Assembly (NCBI RefSeq): GCF_006345805.1
Contig: NC_043001.1
Location: 53,568,001 to 53,632,000, forward strand
DNA length: 64,000 bases
From: Octopus sinensis
Lineage: Eukaryota
Direction of reading: 5' to 3'
Made by a program: the position numbers and the translations under genes. Under the pieces are notes generated by a model. The model made no database searches. It saw nothing but the letters and a program-made list of their open reading frames with translations, and was not told where the DNA came from. Below are positions 41,542 to 56,720 of the stretch, piece by piece; positions within the stretch are counted from its first letter, which is position 1, and each line of letters opens with the position of its first letter.

Positions 41542-41949
41542 ATGAGAGAGAGAGTGGATGTGTAATGATTTGTCAGTTCGAGAGAAAATTAGCGTAGGAT
41601 TTTAATTTCCAAATGCAGGATTTTCATTTTCATGTATACAGGTGTGAGACGGTTGATAATCTAGTCAGGTTCTATATAAATCCCATTTCCCTCCTATGTA
41701 TAGTATTCAGCGCTAAATTAGAAGCTAAACCTGAGCTATCTGAGCACCTTATATATGTCTCAATAAATGTTTATATTAAATAGCACAACGAATTTCAACG
41801 GCACTCTCTCGATAAATATTATTTACCTTTGAAAATTCTGATGCCTAACAAAGGTAACAATCTTAAGCATTTGAAGTTCTAGGCGGCTGATCCATACAGC
41901 CTAGGGACATGGGAGAAATTTTATAACGAAAGGTATATACTTGCTACTA

Positions 41950-42350
41950 TGACTTGGCGTGAGTGATGATGAATGTGTCTCGCATGCACGACCGTATGGA
42001 ACTGGAAAGACACATACCATACTTCATCCACCGCATGCAGTTCTCTGGCTACAACCAACGGAACACGATTAAAGTGTACAACGGAGCCGGTACTAAGTAC
42101 AAAGCCTTCATAGAGAGTGGTGCAAAAGGGACCTGCCCGCTATACAGGAGTAAATCCTGGAACAGCACAGAAAATAACAGAAAAAAAGATAGGTAAGTTC
42201 AACTCATGGTAGACAACAAAAAGTACCAGAATATCATGTTAGTTGATGTTACTCCTGGCGGCGAACTAGCATACCTTTTTAGTAAAACATTAGATAAAGC
42301 CTATCTACGGGTTAAAGTAGTAGAAAGGCTTCGTGCACATATAAAATTCC
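41950..42350 (+). mobile_element. Penelope-like RT C-terminal (thumb) fragment
   Basis: RHIPYFIHRMQFSGY...GTCPLYRSKSW and NIMLVDVTPGGELA...VKVVER resemble the PLE post-RT region. Confidence 0.6.
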
Positions 42351-42404
42351 TGAACAATTGTATTCCATTCTAGTAGCTCACCGCTTTCTATTCTTTTCTA
42401 CTCA

Positions 42405-42603
42405 TGGCACAAGGTCCAAAATTTGGTGGGATGGGTCCAGTCAATTAGATCGACACCGGTACGCAACACATACTTAATTTATCGACCCCGAAATAATGAA
42501 AAGCAAAGTCGACCTCGGCGGAATTTGAACTCAGAACGTACAGACAGACGAAATACTGCTAATCATTTCGCCCGGCGTGCTAACGTTTCTACCAGCTCAC
42601 CGA
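42405..42603 (-). mobile_element. SINE family A
   Basis: gtcgacctcggcggaatttgaactcagaacgta...cgcccggcgtgctaacgtttctaccagctcacc. Confidence 0.9.
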
Positions 42604-42686
42604 CTTATATTATTATAATAGTAATACTGATAATAATAATGATGATGATGATGATGATAATGATGATAATAATAATAATAATAATA

Positions 42687-42758
<72 letters not shown>

Positions 42759-43289
42759 GAGCACTCAGAGATCACAAACCTCCGCCAAGGTAACATCAAC
42801 ATCCTCTCCACTAGTAGGCAGAGAGGATTTTTAAAATAAGAATATATGAAACGAACTCGACTGCTCTCGCAAACCAGAATACTTATAACCAGATCGCTCT
42901 CAAAAATTTAGTAAAAAAAGAAGAAGAGAAATTTTCCAGAATCCTTGAAAGTTACAATCGAATCCATCTAGTGGTTCTTGAGATATCTTGTCCAAAGACA
43001 ACCAGACTAAAAGACAAACGCGACTGAAAAACAATACTTCCCCCTTCGCTAAGGCGGAGGTAACAATGATAATAATGAAATTTTAAAGGTATTGACGAAG
43101 AGCGCATTGCGTTTGCAATGGATATAATTTTCTTAACGATATTTCGACAGCAAGCCTGTCTTTGTCGAGTTCCCAATAAGAAGTGAAAAAAATTCAAAAT
43201 TTTAGAAATTTAAATTCAAAGTATGAACGAGAGAAGCCGGTGTCACACGATCACGAAATGACATCGTCAGTCTTTAAGTTTATCGACCC

Positions 43290-43580
43290 CAGGATTTCAC
43301 TGTACTTAGTTTATCGGACCCGGGAGGATGACCTCTGCGGAATTTGAAATTAAAACGTAGCGAACGGCGAAATACCTATTTCTTTATTACCCACAATGGG
43401 CTAAACACAGAGGGGACAAACAAGGACAGACATAGGTATTAAGTCGATTACTCGACCCCAGTGCGTAACTGGTACTTAATTTATCGACCCCGAAAGGATG
43501 AAAGGCAAAGTCGACCTCGGCGGAATTTGAACTCACAACGTAACGCAGACGAAATACCGCTAAGCATTTCGTCCAACGTG
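43290..43580 (-). mobile_element. SINE family A dimer, reverse orientation
   Basis: A full monomer with its tail (tatttctttattacccac on +) abutting a second, partial monomer. Confidence 0.85.
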
Positions 43581-44577
43581 CAAATAATACTGATAATAGT
43601 AATGGTTTCTTATTACATTCTGTGTCAGCCTATATGAATTGAATGTTTTCTTGAAGATAACGCGTATAAAGTATGAGTGTTTTTGACATGTTGTCAAAGT
43701 ATTTTTCGGTAAGTTTTTTTTAAGAATTTTTATACTAGCAATAACTACTTATCTTCCATAATTAAGTTGTTGACATTTTGAGAACTCCAAGTGAGAGTGT
43801 TTTCTCCCATTCTATGGACTATATGAATTATATGAAGGATGGCGATAAATCATAATGCGAATGTGAAACCATATTGGATGTAACAGACTACAATAACAGA
43901 CCCAACAACAACAGAAACAATCTGTGGTATTTAGCGTTACACAGAAAACCATCACTTGGTATATTGTAAAAAAATTATACACAATATCTAATGGTATTGC
44001 AATGGAGTACATGAAAATTATCACGACCACAGTCACGATAAACATGATCAGTATAATGGGCATTATCGTTATGATGACGATGATAATATTCACGTCTATT
44101 AGTGGTGAATCTATATAAACATAGGTAATGATATTAAGTCATGCTTATTATAAATGTGTCTAGGAAATACAATTCATTCCACCGCTTCCCTGTTGATACT
44201 GTTCAGACGTATTAAAAATGTTTTGAATGTAGCCCAAAAATCTTGTTTGGGTTTGCTCATTGATCATTTCAGTTAAATGTGTTTCTTTGTCATGGGGTGA
44301 GAAACTGAAGCAGTATGTTTATACAGGTTGTTTTCGCTGTCCACATCTAATCGCAGCGTCTAGTAAAATGTAACATTAATAATTATATGAAACACAAGTA
44401 TTTTTGTGCTTCAAATAATACGAAAATGAATGCATATATATTCATGTTATTTTTCTGCTATATATATTCAAGATGTGGGTGAGGTTGTATTGGTTGTTCA
44501 TGATAAAAGTCGCTATTTCTCACTCTAAGACGAGATGTGCTGTTAAGAATGCAACCACACCAGCTTACAATTAGGAA

Positions 44578-44610
<33 letters not shown>

Positions 44611-44742
44611 TCGTACCTCGTGCGTTCCAAAACCGTAAAAGAAGACTACTAGTAAAAAGTTTGTAAAAGACAAAAGAATTACTAGAGAATCGTATGATAC
44701 CTGATGCTGGCAATTATTCTGAGAAAATTGAGGACCACATAC

Positions 44743-44809
44743 CATCTCCATAATTGGCGCAAGTGTAAAACTTTGGACCATATTCGAAATTAACATCAAC
44801 GAAGGAACC
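44743..44809 (-). CDS. 67-nt coding exon candidate (GSFVDVNFEYGPKFYTCANYGD, phase 0 to 1)
   Basis: Acceptor gattacag|, strong donor ATG|gtatgt; protein-like composition; phase matches exon 25814-25897. Confidence 0.55.
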
Positions 44810-45921
44810 CTGTAATCGTTCACATAAACGAATTTGTTTTTAATCTTTAAAATACCAACAAGAAAATTTTGAAGAAACGTAGAGAGGTTAGATAAACACG
44901 CCAGTTGCGATGGAGCTATTTAGCAGAAGCATTGCTAATACTGCCCTATTTGAGATATGCCTCACTTGTGAAGTTCATCGAAATAAGTGAAAGGAGTATA
45001 AGAATAGGAGAAGACATAACGGATAAGCATCTGTGTGTGTATGTGTGATTGCGTTTGTGTGCTCGTGTAAATGGAAAATCTTATTGAATGGAAACCGACA
45101 TGCTATAGGCATATTTATTTATACACCTATGTGTATGTATATCAAAAGCAATGTCACTAGAACAAAGATGTTAACTCAGAAACCAGTAATTACTTTAAGA
45201 GCTTTTATGTCGTTTGAAACGCGTGACAATAAATTTGTAATAAAATATGTAAACTTGAAATCAATGGGAGTTTTGTAAATATTCGTAAAATCAAAGGATG
45301 TTAAATGAAATATTACGATAATTCTCGTTTAGATCCTCGGCGTAAAGCATAAATATAGAAATATATAAATATATTTGTTGTTGATATGAATTTATAAATA
45401 TTGCACGATATTACATACCTAAGGAAATATAAACGTATTTATAAAATGTATATTCGATATTTTAGTCTACACTTTTATCTCCTTGGTTCAAATCATATTT
45501 CAGCCCAGTTTCATGGAGCTGGGTATGCTGCAGTATCGTGAGTTTATGCGTATACGTCCATAAAATGTAATTTGACTCCTCGGCTCTTTTACAATTTAAT
45601 ATATTATTGCTCATTTCAGCAGCATTCTAGATTTTGAATCCCAATGAACATTTCGTTGAATGAAAACAGATTCCCGGATACAGATCGTTGTGTTTTAATC
45701 GTCTACATAATCCGTATTGATGATCTTAATGTGTACACACATCGCACACACACACACACATACACACACACATATACACACATACACACACAGAGACACA
45801 CACGCACACACACTTACACATTTATATATATATATAGAGAGAGATAGATAGATAGATAGATATGCATACGTGTGTGTTTGTGCATGTCTATATATTCAAA
45901 TGCATGAATATATTTAACTAT

Positions 45922-46295
45922 ATACTAGCAGTATCGCCCGGCGTTGCTCGGGTTTGTAAGGGAAATAACTATAAATCATTTTTAGAGAGTTATAGCCAAA
46001 AAATAGCCCAAAAAAATGGAAAAAAATTATGGTAAATTTTTTTGAGAGTTAAAAAGGTCGAGTTGCGTCCCCTAGACAGTCTGTGGTTTGTGTTTCTGAT
46101 TCTCGACCCATGTCGAATTTATCGATTTTTTTCAGAACTGGAGGAACTTTTCAAAATTTTCAGTGCGTTAGTTTTGAATTATGACATTGGGCTATGTGTG
46201 TGTCAAGTTTTATCAGAATCGGTCGAAAGCCGTGGTCAGGGTGAGGGTACAACCTAACAGACACACAGACACGCAGACAGACAAACTGCCGTTTA
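45922..46295 (+). mobile_element. non-autonomous Helitron/Helentron-type (HINE-like) element
   Basis: Starts tactag followed by the gcccggcgttgctcggg hairpin; internal caagttttatcagaatcggt; ends acagacagacaaactgccgtttatatatag. Confidence 0.65.
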
Positions 46296-46390
46296 TATAT
46301 AGAGAGATATATATATACATACACATATATATACATATATGCATACGTGAGTGTTTGTGCATGTCTATATATTCAAATGCATGAATATAT

Positions 46391-46435
<45 letters not shown>

Positions 46436-47565
46436 TATATATTATATATATATATATACATACATACACATATATATACATATATATATATATATATTTA
46501 TATTTATATTTATATTTATATTTATATATATGTACATATGTATGGATGTATGTAGGTATTATGAAAATATATTCGTATTTCCCGTTGCTCTTTGGATTCT
46601 GATAAGAATACATTCCTTTATGTATAATTAGGTTTTGAAACTTCCCTATTTTCTATTTTAGTCGATAACGAGTGACCATCGACCATCTTCAACGAGCTTA
46701 TATATCTGTCCAATTCCCTGATAATGTTATAACTGTTATTTCATCAATAAAGGCTTAACTGGCTTAATTACCTGAAATTCTCTTGCAAGTGTGCCAGTTG
46801 GAGTGTGCATTATGATGATGGAATTTCTTGTCTCCGCCGTCAGTATTGCTTCGCGATTTGTTGCTGTAGTTATGAAGCCCTACTCCGAGTTGTTCCATTT
46901 TGTTTCTCTAATAAAATGGGTGATTACTAATATGTGTTCAAAGCATCTAGGTTACATTGACACACTCCCCTTTCGTTACTTGCGTCAATGCATTCAATAT
47001 CAAGCATTTCGTTCAGTATATCTTTTGATGAAAATATTTAATTTTCCTTCGATATTTATCATGGGGAGCTTTCGACACCAATCATCTCTTGATTAGTTCT
47101 TGCTTTCTCGGACAAAATAGCCCTCAGTGATTTCCAAAGCCAGGGCACTCGTTTCTTCTTTCGTAAAAGACTTATCATCCGCCTCCGTCTGTAAAAGACT
47201 TATTATCCGCCTCAGTACCAGTGGGGTGATTCGGTATAAATTGTACTTATTGTACAGCGGAGTTGAGTATATGCAGTCCGAATTTTCGTTATTAATATCC
47301 TCACTTCGAGGAGAATTTAGTTTCCTACGCTGGAATGTGTGGGTAACATGCTCGTTCGCAATTTAATGGAGTGCATACCAGTGGAGTTACTTCCCACTTT
47401 TGCCGCATACTGTTAAGATTCTGCACTACACTATTTCCTTTGAAAGTTTTAGCCTCGCACTTCGGATTTCCGAAAAAGTCAACCACGAACTGGAACGGAT
47501 TTTTAAGGAAAACCTTATATTTTTAACTATCTCTCTCACTTTTTTCTTTCTTCCTATCAATCACT

Positions 47566-47601
<36 letters not shown>

Positions 47602-50600
47602 CTCAGCTACCTTCCTGCATAACTCAGAGCTCACCATTGTACTTGTCATCCTTTTTAATGGCAGATTATATATTTTTCTGAACTATAGACTTTTATTAAC
47701 TCTTATCTATAACGTGTCTATCCCCAATACCAACGGTTCTTTCAATTATGTCTCACTGACACACCCATACATAAACCATAGTATGTTATATATTATAAAT
47801 ATACATTACGCATATATTGCCTCGGTTAGCTTGTCTTCCTGTGCATATCTCTTTACATATGTGTGTGTGTATTTGTGTGTACGTGTGTGTGGGTGTGTGT
47901 ATGTTATCATTCAAACTGCTGGAAGGCATCACCGCTTATCAAATATTTTAGGCTCAGTGATGAAGAGGTTAGCGTGTCCAGCTCGATCCTAGCTATATAA
48001 ATAAGAAGAAAATGAGAAAGCTTTATAAATACTTCTAAGAGCGTGACCGTAAGTCGTTTTGTGGTGTTCCGCATGGCAATTTGCGAAGTTAGGCTTAATA
48101 TATGAACTAAAGTTCCTCATAAATAACCTCCATATATGTACAAACAAAAAATAGTAAAAGAATAAAACATGACAATATATAAATATATGTTTGTACCGAT
48201 TATGTTCATGCATATTGCATTTAGTTTTCCTGTCTTATCACAAAATCATCAGTCATCAAACTATTCAAACGTAATTTTCTTTCGTGAGATAACAGGGGAA
48301 ATGTAAGATCCAAATCTAAATACATCTATATGTAATGTTTATTTAAAGTATGGCGTGTTGTCCACTTTGATCATTTGATATAGAATATCGAATATACACG
48401 CATATATCTTCCACTTAGTGTGCACATTTACATGGGTAAGGGTGAATGTGTGCGTGAGAGTAAGACAGACTTAGACGCACTTATTCTTATGTAAAGTTTA
48501 CCTTGAACAACATTAAGTGCTTATGCTTTTATGTTTGAGTAATAATGTATGTCATTTTGGTGATTTAGGTGCTTACTTTACATGATGCCTCCCGATAGGT
48601 CACACACTAATTAGTGAAAGAGAAAACTATATTAAAATTCAAATATTGATTCGTATTCTATTGTGTCAGTATATATAAATCATGATGCAGTATATTTCTA
48701 CAACATTAACGGCTATAGCTATGATTAGAAATTTCCCTGTATATGTGAATTTGGAATTGTGAACCTATGATTGTGATATAAGTTTTTACTCCTGGATGAA
48801 GGAATTAGATTCCTTTTTTTTTATACACAGTGAACTACTTCAAACTGCAAGTACATCATTTTCTGAATGCAGTTTTCGAATAAAAAGTAACCAAAAAATG
48901 TTATTAGTTATTATTCAAATGATATCACTATATCATTTGGCAAACCTGCACCTTTCGCTCAGAGACCAGAAAAAGTTAATTACAATCGAATATCCATTCT
49001 TTCGCTAAATTGATTTTCGATACTGATATATTATTGCCTGGTATGATATCGGAAGTCTATAAAAATGCTAATCCCAACCGAGTAAAGGACTTTTTAAGCT
49101 ACCGTTCAAATTATAAAATCGGAATCTATAGCAGTTTAAATTATACATGTATACTTAGGGTAGATGCTATCTAATTCTAAATTTATTGCATTTCGCGCTC
49201 TCGATAAATATAATGTTTGAAGTACTGTAACATAAATCGTAGGTCTCTGAAATCAATGTTAAGTAAAATATCTCCGAAAGGATTGAATTCTGTAAACTTC
49301 TGGTAGAGAAACAAACTGGGAACATATGATTTTATCTCAGCATGTTCTATCATACTCTTGCCTATGTCGATTTTACCAAGAAGCACTTTTAGTTACTGCT
49401 AAACGAATAACGGAAACATATTTCGGTATATGCGATCGACTGCAAAAATTCCTTTAAAACAATCACCCTGTTATTAAACTGCTATTTTCCAAAACGAAGG
49501 AAGCCATTGAGTATATTTTTCAGATAATGACATTCATTGCTTCCATATACCTCCTTAAAGATCATGGGGTTCTTTTCTCAGCGAATAGAAATATTTAAAA
49601 GGATCGACATTCAATAGCTTTTTAACAATATACAAATGAATTTAATGCGTAATTTCATTGAAATCAATGTGATTTGTGATAATTAGGAGATTGGTATGGA
49701 GACGCCTTTTATCCATAGGTTTTATTTTTTAAAATTGATCCTAGATGGGATTTGGAAAATAAGCATATTTTTTACGTAATAAAAAAGAATCTGCGATATA
49801 GAATAAATATAAAATGCAAGATCCAAAAGATTTAGAAAGATTTTTCTTGATATCTCATAATACTCGTTAAAACGTCGGTGAAAAAAATTGAAAATTGTGA
49901 AAAATATACGATTTCACGTTACATTCTGAAAAGTGCCTCAAATAATACTTATAGATGAAAGAGCTACATTCTACATTAACGAGAATTTTGTCTTGTGTTG
50001 GGATAATCTTATTGGCTTAAGGTATGAATCGCACCAGCAATATGATATTAATATACCATAACATGACACGATATAATTTGTGTTAAATATTTTGCTGTTC
50101 TCGCTTTCTGTATTTCTAGATCTCGCTCATATAATCAATTAAATCTTTTGTACCCGTTTTTGCAGCAAAATTGACCTTTCAATCAACATTTTGTAAAAAG
50201 TAATATTTCTACTCATTCTAACGTTTCAAAACAGCGGACCATTTACTCATCATGTGAACCATTTATATTATGTCTGCCGTTCACAGTAAAAAATAAACAA
50301 GATTTCATGCAAACTTATTCAAACTTTTAAACATGTTAATCTTTTAAATTGCATTAAATTCCAATGTGACCAACTAGGCTAAGTATAAGAAATATTGAAA
50401 ATAAATATTCAAATAATTGAGTTTTAATTAATAATAAAATTGCGCGTATGCACATACTAACCATTTACATTGACCATTTTCAAAATGTTAGGCAATGTTT
50501 ATATAAGATCATGCAAGACGATATTCATTAAGCTTGATGAGAAATCAATTAACTATAATTAACCAATATATCGTTAAACTATTTCATTTACAAATATATC

Positions 50601-50886
50601 ATTAATGCTATTAGTGGTAGCTCTTATCTTGAAGTGAAATAATTATTCATATATGCATACGAACTTACGGGCAAACGTATATACAAATATACATACATAC
50701 ATGCATGCATGCATACATACATACATACATACATACATACACACATACATACATACAAACATATGCATACAGACACAAAACATGGCACCGCCAACATCCA
50801 TTCTAAATCGATTATATGATTGTCTCATACTTGAATAAGAGAAACACCGTTAAGTTACCGGTGTAGCGTTATTCCGACTGCCTTAC

Positions 50887-50967
50887 CTTACACAACGTGT
50901 ATTTCAATAACTACAATTATGGCCCATACTGATAGCAATACCACCAACATGAGTAGTTTAACGGCAC
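50887..50967 (-). other. candidate 81-nt exon whose longest frame is hydrophobic (AVKLLMLVVLLSVWAIIVVIEIHVV*)
   Basis: Acceptor attctcttaatttatttacag|; two tandem donors (gtaaggtaagg). The distal donor includes a TAA; the proximal donor (exon end 50892) leaves the frame open. Confidence 0.4.
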
Positions 50968-51399
50968 CTGTAAATAAATTAAGAGAATGTAAGTCTTTTT
51001 CTATCCCGGTGCTATGTAAAAGCCCCTCCTGGCGCTTCTATCTGCTACATAATGCAGATAAAATTACAAGGACGAAGTCCGTTCCTGCATAACCTTACTG
51101 AAAAACGGCTTCTCTATCAAGAATCTTTCTTTCATACAATGGTTTAAATCCATGATGCTATTCTAATCGTTCTTCTCAAAATACCAAGAACTACCCAATC
51201 TGTTATTATAAATAAGATTGAAAATGATATGAATCACACTGCTGCCTTCATCGCAAAAGGTCTTACATATTTCCAAGAGCAGCTGATTCGACTGCGACGC
51301 TATTTATTATAATTAACTTACAAAGCATTTTAAAATCTCAACACTATGTGCTATAATGTATTTTCAGGACCAGCTCTGATAACAATATTTAGTATACTT

Positions 51400-51730
51400 G
51401 ATTGCTTTGTAGAGGATACGCTCATAGTGACACTGGAAATCTTTGAGACTCACCCCGGTATGCAAGCAAAAGAACGCTCAGCCTGGCATATCTGTGCCAA
51501 CAGAGGTGCCATCACCCACGAATGAAACAGGAAAACAGTCAAAAGAAAAAATGCGAGTTCAGAGCTAACTCTCCACCGTCAGTCCCAGCAGTTTACCAGT
51601 GCTTGACCTGCAGCAGAGCCTTCGGAGGAGATATCGGACTGATCGGCCACAGCCGGACACACAGTGACCCGCCTTCCACTATGTGATATTCCTGATCATA
51701 GCCGGCAAAGACGGACAAACTAAAGGAGTA
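51400..51730 (+). mobile_element. RTE-type LINE 3' end
   Basis: MQAKERSAW followed by YQCLTCSRAFGGDIGLIGHSRTH, a C2H2-like RTE C-terminus. Confidence 0.75.
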
Positions 51731-52896
51731 AATGCACTCCATAGACACTAAGACCCAGAAGATCCTGACACAAATTGGAATTTTCCACAGATATATCAAC
51801 ATGCTATACGTAATAATAGATGAATGCCACACTGGCTTGAGATTAGTGCCAACATTTTTTCAGATGTAGAGTCCCTCTCAGACAGTTCATGTTATTCACA
51901 CCAACAATAGTAAGTACACATATCTGCTGTTGAAAAACCGGCGAAGAAAACCACGTCTTACGTATCGGCACTGAGATTCTCGGAAAGGACTCTCTTCCTT
52001 ACTACTTCCCATACATTCCTAAAGCAACTGAACTAATATACGTTGAAGAAGAATTGGATGTGAAACTCTCAGCAGAATAAAAGATATTATATTATACTGT
52101 TAATGTTTCCTAAAACTCTAGTAATATCGACATAAATGAGGCTGTTTTGGACACATGACTGTTATTTCCGATTGCATTTTGAGGGCTATGTGTTTGCAAT
52201 GCAAAAGCAGGAAATTCTTACACTGCGATAATAAACAAAAGAGATAGCGGAGCCTTTAGAGCACTACGTTGCAACAAAAAAATTGATTATGTCACATTTC
52301 TGTGGGACATATTTTTCTGGTGTTCAGCAGCCCACCGAAAATGCCATCAAGTCACAGCCTCCCAATGTTGTGCCATAACAAAAACGACTGTCATAGGAAA
52401 GATGTACAGAAGCCATCTATTGAAAATATACATAAACCTCAGCACAAGGAATATTAGTGGAACAATCCCATCAAAATTTCTAACAAGAACAAATATAACA
52501 TGTCCTATATCCTTGCTTGGAATAGATAATCACGTATCATCATAGAGTCGAAACCACCAGCTTCAATTATCATTTATCCCCAAAATAACTGATGCATAAG
52601 GATTCGTAAGTAAATGCATTACTGACTATAGAAAATATGGGGTTTTTAGTAAATGAAATTAACCAGCTAACACTTAGATTACAAACCCATTCTGTAAATG
52701 GAACTCTGTAAATTTGCGAGTCTTTCATAAGTTCAAAATATGAATTTGCTTTAGCTAAATAACTTTCCAGCTATGGAGCTTTGTATATTTATTAGAAATC
52801 TATGATTTCTTTATTTGAAAAATCCAAATTATTAAAACTAGAATAGACCATATATGCAAAATGCATGCTCACACAGAAACGCACACACGTACATAC

Positions 52897-52934
<38 letters not shown>

Positions 52935-52935
52935 T

Positions 52936-52996
<61 letters not shown>

Positions 52997-53602
52997 AAAT
53001 GGATAACCGGTGTTTGAGCAATATTTACAAATAAACATGCAAGCCACAGGAGACCTAATTTCAAAGTTAACATCCTGCTTTTTAATATACATTAAAACGA
53101 TGTGCTACTATGGACCAATTTGATTTTATACATTAGGGAATCTTCTCGTAGTTAACCACATCTGGCTGGAATTCTAAATTTCGAATTAAACTTTGTCATC
53201 TTAAAAAAACATTTTGTTTCTACGTGTCTTGTTGACTGTGCATTGGAACGATATATGATGGTCTACACTGTAAGGCTGTTAATCATAAACCTGCTGAATA
53301 TCTACCAATGCTGATGATGCAACGTTTTAATCATTATCGGAAACGCAGTGAGATTTTATGCAAAATGATCTCGATGATTGTTGGTCTTATAGAAATAAGG
53401 CACATATTTTTTTTAAATATTTGTTACTTTAAGGATTTGAAGACGGAATGTGAAAGATGTACGCTCTACTTGAAATTGAATGCTCTTTAAATTCACATGA
53501 TGATTATGTTTATAATCAAACCAAACAACTGAACACTGGGCGTGTCTCAGATTAATGTGTCCTCAATGACAGAGATATCGTACCCGACCTATACATAAAG
53601 AA

Positions 53603-53676
53603 TACGATATCCAACTTTTCAACACTACTTTTCAACACTACTGCTACGATATCCAACTTTTCAACACTACTGCTAC
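53603..53676. repeat. nested short tandem duplications (tacgatatccaacttttcaacactac)
   Basis: Seen directly. Confidence 0.85.
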
Positions 53677-54254
53677 ACTGTGCATAAAACGTGACAGAGA
53701 GAGAGAGAGGCAGGCAGACACAGAGACACACAGACAGACAGAGTAATCTATGCTACAATGTCGTTGATCATGAATTTGCTCTGTCATACTCAACAAGGTT
53801 TAACCATTTAATTTGTCACTTGGTTTTGTAGGTTATATTTATTTCCTTTATTGGCTGATGCTTATTTTATCGAATTATATTCAAAACGGCCCAATTTTAT
53901 CGAGTTGAAAGAACATATCTGAAATGGAGCACAGACTATTAAACGATGCACAGTCAAAACCTAAACAAATTATCTTATCCAACAAATAGTAATTAGTATT
54001 TGCATTTCACCGTATCGAGCAAGGAATCCAGTTAGGTACTATCAATGTGCTTCAAGTTCTCCCGAAATGAAGCCAAAGTGCTGAACTGGAGACAAATTTT
54101 CGGCAAATTGCTTCCAACTTTGAATCACAAAATTTTTAAATGAACGAAACAGTATATTGAATTATCGAAATGCATTTAGATATTTGCGATGGCTAACTGA
54201 AATGATAAGCATCCGCACAAAAATGCACATATATGTGTGTATGTATATATATAT

Positions 54255-54320
<66 letters not shown>

Positions 54321-54599
54321 TATAAATACATATGTATATACATGAATATATACTCAAATATATATGTCATATATGTGTATATATGAATATATATGTATAT
54401 AGATTTATATACATACATACATATATATATATATATACATACATACATATATGTATATATATATACATATGTATTTACATGCATATATACACAAATACAT
54501 ATGTCATATATGTGTATATATGAATATATATATATATAGATTTATATATATATACATGCATATATATACATACACACACAAACACACAGACACACACAG

Positions 54600-54630
<31 letters not shown>

Positions 54631-55675
54631 ATATATATATATATATTATATATATATATTATATATATATATATATATTATATATATATATATTCGGAAT
54701 ACAGACGTCGTTCCCAAAACGTGCAGCAGGAAAATAACATAAATATCCATAGCATACAAACTATTCCTTTGATGATATCTATTTAACATGCTGGATATTG
54801 TTTGGTTTGTATTCGCATAATGCTGCGACCAAAATGCCCTTTCATGTTTTCGAGAGATTGGTTGCTTGGTTGCACAATGAAATATATTTTCTGAATGTTA
54901 CCGATTTGCAATGTTTTTGTATAAAAATATTCTTGTATAGAAAATCAGAAAATGCATTAAACGTAACTTTTCAAATTTTTCTACGACGAATATGTAAATT
55001 GTATCAAATATTATGTTGGTAGAAAGATTCTCAAACCCAACTATTATTAGTGTTTCAATGAAAATGTCCAATTTCTCCAACTCTGCATTGGAAACATAAA
55101 CTGCTTAAGGAAGGTTTTGTTTCCATAACTTTCCATTGTGTAACCGAAATAAACGTAGTATTTGCATGCCATTAGATGACTATTTGGGTTCACATTGTAA
55201 TTTTCATCATACTGTATTGTTATCACTCATGAGAGTGTCGAAACATTACAATAGGATTACTTGAAAAATTCCATAAAATATTTTTTTAGTATCACTCAGG
55301 AAGAGGAAATTAATTTCGCTTATGCACATTTTTCTCTTCGATAAGTGAATGATATCCAAAAGTATTGATGCCGTATTTTCTTACATCGTACCACTTCTTC
55401 GCATAAAATATGATATATAGAGAACACGAGAGATTTAGCTGAAGAAAAATACTTCAGAAATTTGAGGAAACATTTTATTGCAGCTAGAATCATAAAGGAA
55501 ATTACCATACCGATATTGCTACTTGCAACTCAACATTTATGAAATGTGAACATATTCCATGAGCGGAATTAATCAAAAAAGTTTTCCCTTCACTCGTGTT
55601 ACGATAAATGTATTAAATACTATAACGATTTTCATAGAATGATCATCAAGTATATATATATGTATGTATGTATAC

Positions 55676-55826
<151 letters not shown>

Positions 55827-55884
55827 AAGAGAGAGGAAAGATAAATAGATAGATAGAAAGGTATATATATAAATATATATATAT

Positions 55885-56200
55885 ATATATCGCCATAGCT
55901 GGAAGAGTGCTTACATGACTTTCTGAAAGATAGACACCAGCGAGATATTTCCTCAGCTGCCCGGATAGTCACCATTGCAAACTATGCAGACGATACGAAA
56001 GTCTCGCAGAAAATACAAAACCCTAGCGATACAGCAAACCTGCAGCAGGAATTGGTCTCAATTTACAGATGCGCTGCAAACAACAATATGTATTTTACTG
56101 CTGGAAAATTCCAAGCTCTAAGTTATCAGACTCCAAACTGAACGTAAATCTTACAGGGCACACTTGCCTACAGGGGAATACAATCCCATAACCTAAATTT
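55885..56200 (+). mobile_element. CR1-type LINE RT fragment
   Basis: IANYADDTKVSQKIQNPSDTANLQQELVSIYRCAANNNMYFTAGKFQAL. Confidence 0.85.
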
Positions 56201-56209
56201 GTGCTACCT

Positions 56210-56720
56210 CCTCTATCACCGAACACAGTGCCCACAATTCACCTAATTGTAATGACCGTCCTGGAACCACCTTCCCGTTGCAAACCCATTGCAGGAGATA
56301 TAATGTAATTTACAAATGCACGGTCCTAATCTATTACACAACTCTACAGCCATATACATAGGGTCAACCAAAAATTTTAAGCAATGGTTTGCCACTCATC
56401 TCCATTCTTTTAGATACGATAAACATAGTAAATCTACAACATTCGCCAACCACATACATCATCTCAAAAATGCAAATATACCCTATACTCTACCATGGTC
56501 CACACTGCAAGCTCTGTCTGAAGGAGGCACTCCACATATTAAAGCACAACTCTCCAACACTACTAAATAAACATAACGAGGCACTAAGCTCATGCAACCA
56601 CCGCTTTTATCACACATTTAAATTCTACCACAAATCCAAATGCCAGAATAACAATACAGTGCATTTCTACAATACTCCTTTGGTAATCCCAATAACCTTA
56701 TACATCTACACTCTAACTCC
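56210..56720 (+). mobile_element. Penelope-like GIY-YIG endonuclease fragment (frameshifted)
   Basis: NCND...VIYKC, IYIGSTKNFKQWFATHLHSFR, CKLCLKE and SCNH across frames. Confidence 0.85.

Noticed and set aside
46650-47400. Possible decayed Penelope-like fragment (similar hints at 5000-5800 and 32560-33700)
   Set aside because: Only faint motif traces; too degenerate to classify without an HMM search.
52792-53073. MLTLKLGLLWLACLFVNIAQT, a signal-peptide-like start on the minus strand
   Set aside because: No consensus donor after it, and the frame runs into a (TAC)n microsatellite; cannot be linked to the gene model.
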